A DNA stretch of 64,000 bases from Candidatus Dadabacteria bacterium (GTDB lineage: Bacteria; Desulfobacterota_D; UBA1144; Nemesobacterales; CSP1-2). Location of the stretch: positions 64,001-128,000 of the forward strand of contig CAWDVW010000007.1 in NCBI GenBank assembly GCA_963805855.1, in the 5' to 3' direction. A model generated the notes under the pieces. That model was not told the origin of the DNA. It saw only the letters and a program-made list of their open reading frames with translations, and did not search any database. The first letter of the stretch is position 1; each line of letters begins with the position of its first letter. Positions 17,348 to 24,628 of the stretch are shown here, piece after piece. Made by a program: the position numbers and the translations under genes.

Positions 17348-19369
17348 ATGCGTAACACAATGCAGGTGTTAGTAATTGCGCTGGGATTATTTGCTATTAC
17401 GTTTTTTTTGGTTACTTCCCCTGTAACCTCGCAGGCAAACGCTGCTACTGTGACGACTGATAAAGACGACTATGTGCCTGGAGAGACAGTAATTATTACA
17501 GGATCAGGATGGCAGCCTTGGGAAACTGTGGAGCTTTATATACTTGAGGAGCCTGAAATTCATCCCGGCGAGACTTTATACGCAGATGCCGACGGTGCAG
17601 GCGAGATTTCCAACAACGAATACGTTATCCAAGACCATGACCTTGGGCAGACTTTTACATTAACGGCCACGGGGCTGACATCTGGCATGATCGCACAGAC
17701 GACGTTTACGGATGCCGCCAACTGCACCGTCGCGGCCGACTGCGATGCTGCGAAGGAATGCGAAACAGGCCCCTTCTGTGTGGCTGGCAAGTGCCAATAC
17801 GGGAATGCGGCAGCCGGGATAGCTTGCACTGCTGACGCCAAATTATGTACCCTCGACCAGTGCGACGGCGCTGGTAAGTGTGATCACCCAACAGCGAGTA
17901 GTGGCACCTTGTGCAGAGCGTCTGCGGGCACATGCGACGTAGTTGAGACCTGCGATGGGTCGAGCAAAGACTGTCCTGCGGATGCTGTAGCCGGGACTGG
18001 TGTTGTTTGTAATGCTGCTAACGGGGTATGTGACGTGGCAGAGAATTGCGATGGGACGAATAAGACGTGTCCTGCCGATGCTGTAGCCGGGACTGGTGTT
18101 GTTTGTAATGCTGCTAACGGGGTATGTGACGTGGCAGAGAATTGCGATGGGACGAATAAGACGTGTCCTGCCGATGCTGTAGCCGGGACTGGTGTTGTTT
18201 GTAATGCTGCTAACGGGGTATGTGACGTGGCAGAGAATTGCGATGGGACGAATAAGACGTGTCCTGCCGATGCAAAGAGCTCGGCAGAGTGCCGCGCATC
18301 GGAAGGGGCTTGTGATCCGGCCGAGAGTTGTGATGGAGTGGGCAATGACTGTCCTGCAGATGCAAAGAGCTCGGCAGAGTGCCGCGCATCGGAAGGGGCT
18401 TGTGATCCGGCCGAGAGTTGTGATGGAGTGGGCAATGACTGTCCTTCAGATGCAAAGAGCTCGGCAGAGTGCCGCGCATCGGAAGGGGCTTGTGATCCGG
18501 CCGAGAGTTGTGATGGAGTGGGCAATGACTGTCCTGCAGATGAGCTAGACGATTCATTCTGTGACGATAGTGATATATGTACTGACGATATGTGCGAACC
18601 ATCTAATTCGGAGAGTGATTCTGACGGATGTTTGATTACTTCTAACCCTTCAAATGATCCCTCTTGTGAAAATGACCTTATATGTAAAGGGCCGGGGTTC
18701 TACAGTACACATGGTGGAAGTGAAAAATCTGGGAAGAGTGCACGCGCGGCTGTTAATGTAACTCAGATGATTATTGATGCCGCGGGAGGATGTGTCGAGA
18801 TTTGTGGTGAGAAAATCAACGCAACCGACACCGACAACGCCGACTCAGCTCTGGAGGGTTTATGTGTTAGTCCGAAGAGCGATCCCAAAATTAAGGTATA
18901 TCGAATGCTTATTACAACGGCATTGAACTGCATAGTAAGTGGTTTCGGACCTGACTGTATGGATGCTCCTGAAGATATCGCCATGTTGTTCGATGAGTGT
19001 AATATGGCGTGTATAAACGGCGACACGACAATGATTAAAAGCTGTGTTGATGAACTTGATTGCGTCAACAATGGTGGGGCCTACGACAACGGCTTCTGCC
19101 AGACAGGTGAATGCTCTGACAATATGCAGCCCTGTAATGAATCAGACCACTCAAACTGTGGAGTCGGTGCTGTATGCGTACAAACTGATGGTTGCGATGA
19201 TCTGCCGCTCGTGAATGAAGACCTTAGTCTCTACTTTGATCCAGAGCCAGCTGCAAGTAGCCCAAAGGCTTGCAACGCGGCGACCAAGAGCTCATGCACT
19301 GGGGTTGGATCGGATGAAGATGAATGTAACACTGGTACGATGTCTTTGACCGCTGAAACTTGTCCGTAA
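17348..19369 (+). CDS. Secreted cysteine-rich protein with tandem disintegrin-like repeats
   Basis: SD aaggag; signal peptide; TVTTDKDDYVPGETV N-domain; seven C-x6-CD-x2-E-x-CDG-x4-CP-x-D units; ~62 Cys by hand count. Confidence 0.85.
   Translation: MRNTMQVLVIALGLFAITFFLVTSPVTSQANAATVTTDKDDYVPGETVIITGSGWQPWETVELYILEEPEIHPGETLYADADGAGEISNNEYVIQDHDLGQTFTLTATGLTSGMIAQTTFTDAANCTVAADCDAAKECETGPFCVAGKCQYGNAAAGIACTADAKLCTLDQCDGAGKCDHPTASSGTLCRASAGTCDVVETCDGSSKDCPADAVAGTGVVCNAANGVCDVAENCDGTNKTCPADAVAGTGVVCNAANGVCDVAENCDGTNKTCPADAVAGTGVVCNAANGVCDVAENCDGTNKTCPADAKSSAECRASEGACDPAESCDGVGNDCPADAKSSAECRASEGACDPAESCDGVGNDCPSDAKSSAECRASEGACDPAESCDGVGNDCPADELDDSFCDDSDICTDDMCEPSNSESDSDGCLITSNPSNDPSCENDLICKGPGFYSTHGGSEKSGKSARAAVNVTQMIIDAAGGCVEICGEKINATDTDNADSALEGLCVSPKSDPKIKVYRMLITTALNCIVSGFGPDCMDAPEDIAMLFDECNMACINGDTTMIKSCVDELDCVNNGGAYDNGFCQTGECSDNMQPCNESDHSNCGVGAVCVQTDGCDDLPLVNEDLSLYFDPEPAASSPKACNAATKSSCTGVGSDEDECNTGTMSLTAETCP
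17981..18268 (+). repeat. Three identical 96-bp in-frame tandem repeats
   Basis: Units start at 17981, 18077, 18173 (gatgctgtagccgggactgg...). Confidence 0.95.
18269..18538 (+). repeat. Three near-identical 90-bp in-frame tandem repeats
   Basis: Units start at 18269, 18359, 18449 (gatgcaaagagctcggcag...); one G>T (Ala>Ser) difference. Confidence 0.95.
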
Positions 19370-19381
19370 AACTTAAACAAT

Positions 19382-19413
19382 TAGGGCGCCCTGTCATTTG
19401 ACGGAGCGCCCTA
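19382..19413 (+). terminator. GC-rich hairpin after the Cys-rich gene, possible terminator
   Basis: tagggcgc-cctgtca-ttt-gacgga-gcgcccta stem 13 nt after the stop; poor U-tract. Confidence 0.5.
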
Positions 19414-19564
19414 CTTGAATCGTATGAGTAGTGTAAGGACCGGGGGGACCCATTAGCCAGTCCCTGTCAATAGGGTAAAGAAATTCTTTTGATGTTTTTT
19501 ATTCATATCATCTTCTCTTGCTAGTTTATCCAACACGCGCCCGTTATTTTTGTCTTTGTGGTCC

Positions 19565-19609
19565 GGGGCCAGGCTTTGTTTATTTGCTTATTTATTTCTG
19601 AAGCTCTTT
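19565..19609. repeat. Solo end copy of the Y1-element terminal repeat
   Basis: ggggccaggctttgtttatttgcttatttatttctgaagctcttt closely matches 15771-15815; weaker copy at 19836-19868. Confidence 0.75.
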
Positions 19610-19950
19610 CGTCTTATTCCTAGTTTATTCTGGTATGAGTCCTTTCCTGGCGACCTGAAGGTCTCCGCTACAATTAAAACACCCCATCCTAGCCCCTCCG
19701 ATGTCACTCAGGACAGGCTTAGTGCGGACGGGTTTAATACATAAGTCGCCAGTCCGGGAATCCCCATTCGTTCACACTTCTATAGTTCGACGGGCTCACC
19801 ACTCGGTGCGAACGGATTAAAAAGGCTTATGAGGTGGGTCAGGCTTCGTTAATCAGTTTATGAAGCTCCTTCATTACATTGGAGATTTGTCCTTTTCCAG
19901 AAGGTCCTTATAATACATATAAAATTTTAGAAATATGAGGAGAATAATTC

Positions 19951-20727
19951 ATGAGAAAGAATCTGATAATTGTACTTCCATTGCTATTTCTATTTATTGC
20001 TATTTGTACTCAAATTGGTTGCCAGAGCCCGGACGTAAGTGGGATACGGGAAGAGTTAAAAGAGCTAATAGAGCTTGAGAAGGCAAATCAAAAAGAGCTC
20101 CAGGAGATTAAGAAACTCTTAGGATCAAGGGGTGCGCCCGCGCCTTCGCAACCGGATAACGTGGTATTGAACATAGATAAGAGTCCTTTCAAAGGTGAAA
20201 AAGAGGCGAAGGTTACTTTAATTGAGTTTTCAGATTTTCAGTGCCCGTTTTGCGGGAGACACGCGCGGGACACTATGCCGCAGCTAGACTCTGAATACAT
20301 CAAGACCGGCAAGGTGAAGTACGTCTTTAAGGACTTCCCTTTGGAGTCTATACATAAAAATGCGTTTAAGGCGGCTGAAGCAGCCGATTGCGCGGGTGAC
20401 CAGGGTAAGTATTGGGAGATGCATGATAAACTCTTTGAAAATCAACGGGCCCTCAGCAATGAGGATTTTCTCAAGTACGCCGGGGAATTAAATTTGGATA
20501 AGGCAAAGTTTGAAAAATGTCTCGATAGCGGGACTTACGCGAGTAAGGTTCGTGAAAATATTTCAGAAGGACAAAAAGCAGGGGTCACCGGAACGCCAGC
20601 ATTTTTTCTGGCAATTAATGAGGGAAATGATTCGAGTGTAAAGACTTCGAAAAGGATAACGGGTGCCCAACCCTATGCTAATTTTAAGGGGGCTATAGAC
20701 GACCTTCTTTCGTCACAGGGTAAATAG
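19951..20727 (+). CDS. DsbA-family thiol:disulfide oxidoreductase, probably a lipoprotein or membrane-anchored
   Basis: IEFSDFQCPFC (CxxC), KDFPL, AAEAADCA, GVTGTP (cis-Pro); N-terminal hydrophobic segment ending IGC. Confidence 0.9.
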   Translation: MRKNLIIVLPLLFLFIAICTQIGCQSPDVSGIREELKELIELEKANQKELQEIKKLLGSRGAPAPSQPDNVVLNIDKSPFKGEKEAKVTLIEFSDFQCPFCGRHARDTMPQLDSEYIKTGKVKYVFKDFPLESIHKNAFKAAEAADCAGDQGKYWEMHDKLFENQRALSNEDFLKYAGELNLDKAKFEKCLDSGTYASKVRENISEGQKAGVTGTPAFFLAINEGNDSSVKTSKRITGAQPYANFKGAIDDLLSSQGK

Positions 20728-20748
20728 GAGAATAAAAACTAAAACCTC

Positions 20749-21040
20749 GTTCACACTGAGTTTATCGAAGTGTGAGCATCAGCCATTCGGCCATCCTCAG
20801 TACGGCCCTTCGACCAGGCAGGCTTTCCCCTTGATAAGGGGAAGGGAAAAGGTTGATTTTTATCGAAAGGAATGGGTAGTGTTTCGCGTATTTGAATTTG
20901 CTTTCGGTTGATAGCGTGTTGGATAGAAGTAAAAACATGGATTCCCAATTACTGATTTTGGGAATGACAGACCGGGGGGGATACGCGCTTACGCTTGTCC
21001 CCGTGTGTTTCTAGCGGGGATTCTGTGGGAATGACAATCG
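20749..21040. repeat. REP-like cluster (CACTGAGTTTATCGAAGTG; GGGAATGACA types)
   Basis: Motif shared with 4940, 13630 and 22403; two GGGAATGACA arms. Confidence 0.6.
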
Positions 21041-21059
21041 GGACAGATTAGCCTATATA

Positions 21060-21503
21060 TTAGCGCTTATATTTTTTTTCAATCTCTTTGACTTTTTCTA
21101 TGTTCGCTTTTTCTTCTTCTTCGGGTGAGGAATTGAACCAGGCTTCCAAAATTTCTTTAGCCACTATCGGGGAGGTCATTCTAAGACTCATGGCAAGCAC
21201 ATTAGCGTCATTCCATTTTCTAGCTCCCTCTGCGGTTTTGGCATCGGCGCAGAGTGCCGCCCTGATACCGGGCACCTTATTTGCCGCCATACTGACCCCT
21301 GTGCCCGTCCAGCAAAAGAGTATTCCCTGATCGCAGTCAGTGTTCGAAACCCTTTCAGCTACCTTCTCAGCCACTTCGGCCCACTGAATGGTCTCACCGG
21401 CAAGTGGACCATAAAGTTCAAGTTCAATGCCCTTCTTTTTCAATTCCTTTATAACGAAGTCTGTTAAATGAGTCTTTTCGTCGCTTCCCACTGCGATTTT
21501 CAT
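21060..21503 (-). CDS. RpiB/LacA/LacB-family sugar-phosphate isomerase
   Basis: MKIAVGSD, GILFCWTGTGVSMAANKVPGIRAALC, ARKWNDANVL. Confidence 0.9.
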   Translation of the reverse strand: MKIAVGSDEKTHLTDFVIKELKKKGIELELYGPLAGETIQWAEVAEKVAERVSNTDCDQGILFCWTGTGVSMAANKVPGIRAALCADAKTAEGARKWNDANVLAMSLRMTSPIVAKEILEAWFNSSPEEEEKANIEKVKEIEKKYKR

Positions 21504-21646
21504 ATTTTTTAGTCCTTACATGACTTCCCTGTCAAATTGTATGTATAATTTTAAATAACTTGCTGTTTTGGAGCAAGTAATAATGCATAGTAATATTATA
21601 AGTACCCATAACTCTTTAAATTTATTGCAGAATAAAATAAAAATGC

Positions 21647-21676
21647 TTGACCTTGATGTAATTTTTGGACTATAAT
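21647..21676 (+). promoter_or_regulatory. Putative sigma70 promoter of the GAF-like gene
   Basis: TTGACC-18 bp-TATAAT. Confidence 0.55.
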
Positions 21677-21730
21677 ATATAGCTCCGATCTTTATTTGTA
21701 AGATCGTGGGGGGATAGAGATATTAATTTC

Positions 21731-22183
21731 TTGCCGATTGATTACTCCGAGCTGGAAATACAGTTAGCTAGGGATTTAAACACGCAAGAGGGTTCCCTTT
21801 TTGTTCTTGTTAATGATGAGAATAATAATATACTGGAGTTCGTATACCCGACGAAACTCAGGGGCAACCTTGTACCGGTAAACTCCAAGAGTCTAGTTGG
21901 AAAAGCCGTTGTGACCAAGAAATCATCTATTGTAAATGACCTGAAGAAAGAGAAAAATGTAGTTGTGCTTGATTGGCTTTTGCGTATGGGAATGGAGCCT
22001 GTCCAAAAGGTAATCACGTATCCTCTAATGCTTGGGGAACGGATAGTAGCAGCCTTGATGGTGGTAAGAAGGGGTGACGCCTTGACTCAGGCGCCGGACT
22101 TCAGTCAAGAGGATATAGAAAGGTTGAAGAGTCTCTTAGATAACAAGTTTTCGATTCGTTTAGCAGCCGAGATGGGGGAGTGA
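21731..22183 (+). CDS. Stand-alone GAF-like domain protein
   Basis: GSLFVL...SLVGKAVVTKKSSIVND...VITYPL...FSQEDIERL pattern typical of GAF folds. Confidence 0.6.
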   Translation: MPIDYSELEIQLARDLNTQEGSLFVLVNDENNNILEFVYPTKLRGNLVPVNSKSLVGKAVVTKKSSIVNDLKKEKNVVVLDWLLRMGMEPVQKVITYPLMLGERIVAALMVVRRGDALTQAPDFSQEDIERLKSLLDNKFSIRLAAEMGE

Positions 22184-22324
22184 TAGTAGAGGGGGTCAGG
22201 ATTTTTTTGACTAATTTCACTAGCTAATCGTTGACAACTTCCTACATGGATCGGGGCGAGGGATGCAAATTGACCTGATCCAAGAATGCATTCCCTTCCT
22301 AGTGCCTAACTGGGTCACAATTCG

Positions 22325-22492
22325 ATCCGTCGATGAACTCAGGATAGGCTTGTCGAAATGTAAAATAGATTTCCAGCAATAGGCTCAACATAAACCCGTT
22401 TACACTGAGTTCATCGAAGTGTGAATATCGGCCCTTCGATCGTTCGACTCGGCTCACGACAGGCCGTTCGACAGGCTCACGGCTCAGGGGAC
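22325..22492. repeat. Nested REP-like cluster
   Basis: ctcaacataaacccgtttacactgagttcatcgaagtgtg, then cccttcga[..cgttcgactcggctcacg..cgttcgacaggctcacg]gctcagggg. Confidence 0.7.
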
Positions 22493-22681
22493 ACAATGTT
22501 TGGATTTGCACTCAAATTTAATATTAATAGCAATCCCCAGATAGATAGCCGGGGTTTTCCAACATCGGATTTAGAGAAAATTATTCCATTAGAATGCGGA
22601 ACAAGTATGTCCCGCCTATCGCTTTAGAAACGTGTAGCGAGCTGTGGGCATATGCGAGTTAAACATTAGGGTTGATAAAGA

Positions 22682-22710
22682 TTGACACTGTCCAGGTTTA
22701 TCAATATCAT
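22682..22710 (+). promoter_or_regulatory. Putative sigma70 promoter of the P450 gene
   Basis: TTGACA-17 bp-TATCAT. Confidence 0.6.
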
Positions 22711-22760
22711 TGATTTCAAGTTAGTGAAGAGAAATATCTCTCAGAAGAGGGTTACATTTT

Positions 22761-24101
22761 GTGAATAGGAATTCGCTTCCGCCCGGTCCCAGAGGATTGC
22801 CCATCGCAGGGTCTCTTTTCGATTATTTCCTTGATATGCTTGGGTTTTTGCTGAGGACCGCTCAGGCCTATGGAGATATCGCATATTTCAGGCTTGGCTC
22901 AAGGCAGGTATATCTCCTAAGTCATCCCGACCATATCAAAGACGTCCTTGTAACAAACCACAGGAATTTTCACAAGAGCAGGGCGCTCCAGAGGTCTAAG
23001 ATCGTTCTGGGTGAGGGCCTTCTTACCAGCGAGGGTGAGACCCATCTGAGGGAGCGGAGAATCATACAGCCTGTATTTCACCATAAGAGGATTAAAGCCT
23101 ATGCCAATGTGATGACTGATTTCGCATCAAGGATTGGAGAGAATTGGGAAAACGGTGAAGTGGTTGACCTACACAGGGAGACGATGCGCCTCACACTTGC
23201 AATCGTTGCAAAGTCCCTTTTTGGAGCTGAAATTAGATCGGGGGCGGACGACATTGGTAAATCTCTAACAACAATTGTCAATCAATTCCCGCGTATGCTT
23301 TTCCCGCTTTCGGAATATCTGGATAAAATTCCCCTACCGAGTACACGCAAGTTTTTTAACGCCCTTGAGACACTCGATAAAACTGTCTACCACTTAATCG
23401 AAGAGGGAAGAAAAAGTAAAGAAGATAGGGATGACCTTCTCTCGATGTTACTTTCGGCTCAGGACGAAGAGGGCGGAGCGGGTCTGACCGATCTGCAGGT
23501 TCGGGATGAGGTAATGACACTTTTCCTGGCGGGACAGGAAAGCACTGCGAATTCTCTTGTGTGGGCATGGTACTTAATATCACAACATCGTGATGTGGAA
23601 GAAAAGCTTCACGATGAGCTCGATTCTGTTTTGGGTGGGCGTTTGCCAGAAGTAGACGATCTAAAAAAGCTTGTTTTTACAAGAATGGTCTTCTCAGAAT
23701 CCTTACGCCTTTATCCCCCTGCCTGGACAGTTGTTCGCCGCGCGATCGAAGATTATCAGGTAGATGGATACGTTGTTCCGAGCGGAGCAGACATTTATAT
23801 GAGCCAATATGTAGTTCATCACGATCCCAGGTTCTTCCCCGATCCTTTCAAGTTTGATCCGGAGCGCTGGAATCAGGACCAGGCTTCTTCGCTTCCACAA
23901 TTTGCGTACTTCCCATTTGGCGGAGGCCCCAGAGTATGCATAGGAGAATCATTCGCATGGATGGAGGGAATTATGCTGATAGCTGCAATCGCTTCAAAAT
24001 GGAAAATGCACCTTGTGCCAGGCCAGCACATCGTACCCAAACCCCTTATTACAATCCGCCCAAAGCGGGGAATGAAGATGATAATGGAAAAAAGAAGTTA
24101 G
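22761..24101 (+). CDS. Cytochrome P450
   Basis: PPGP, I-helix FLAGQESTA, ExxR (ESLRLYPP), FDPERW, heme motif FGGGPRVCIG. Confidence 0.95.
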   Translation: MNRNSLPPGPRGLPIAGSLFDYFLDMLGFLLRTAQAYGDIAYFRLGSRQVYLLSHPDHIKDVLVTNHRNFHKSRALQRSKIVLGEGLLTSEGETHLRERRIIQPVFHHKRIKAYANVMTDFASRIGENWENGEVVDLHRETMRLTLAIVAKSLFGAEIRSGADDIGKSLTTIVNQFPRMLFPLSEYLDKIPLPSTRKFFNALETLDKTVYHLIEEGRKSKEDRDDLLSMLLSAQDEEGGAGLTDLQVRDEVMTLFLAGQESTANSLVWAWYLISQHRDVEEKLHDELDSVLGGRLPEVDDLKKLVFTRMVFSESLRLYPPAWTVVRRAIEDYQVDGYVVPSGADIYMSQYVVHHDPRFFPDPFKFDPERWNQDQASSLPQFAYFPFGGGPRVCIGESFAWMEGIMLIAAIASKWKMHLVPGQHIVPKPLITIRPKRGMKMIMEKRS

Positions 24102-24218
24102 CGAGTTGTCTCGAGCGTCGTGATACCCCAGTCCGTCATTTCGAACAAATGTAAGAGATCTTGTAGTTAAGTCGGTAAATATAAAGACTAAGGAAAGATT
24201 TCTCTCTTCGTTCGAAAT

Positions 24219-24561
24219 TGTAGATGTTAGATATTTCGTGGACAAAATCCAAAAAATAATAAATTCCCTGGAAATTTGCACATCCGTCATCCTCGAAGGT
24301 TCCCCGCCAGCTACATGCGGGGGACAAGCTTTATCGGGGATCCATCGTTCAATTTTTTATTTTCTTTGTCTTGATACAAAGAAACAAAAATCAAGGGCTG
24401 ACAAAAAATTAGGAATTATTAAATCAATTCCTACAGCTAAAAATATTTAATCCAACCACAACCCCAAATCTTTTTATAACGCTTCCGGAATTGATTTTGG
24501 CAATTTTTTGAATGCCCATTTAAAATCTAAGATACTATCCTCGAATTACTTGACATCTACA
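24219..24561. mobile_element. Non-autonomous MITE copy 2 (TGTAGATGT...ACATCTACA) with 5-bp target duplication GAAAT
   Basis: gaaat at 24214-24218 and 24562-24566; excision restores REP arm gttcgaaatgaca. Confidence 0.8.
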
Positions 24562-24628
24562 GAAATGACAAAAGGCGCTTGGAAGATGGAATTCACTAGT
24601 TAAATAATCTCACCATAAAGACTAATTT

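Noticed and set aside
17981-18538. Tandem repeats as a CRISPR array
   Set aside because: Units are contiguous, in-frame multiples of 3 with no unique spacers; they are coding repeats
17884-18602. Repetitive alternative-frame and antisense ORFs over the Cys-rich gene
   Set aside because: Shadows of the tandem repeats in the real CDS
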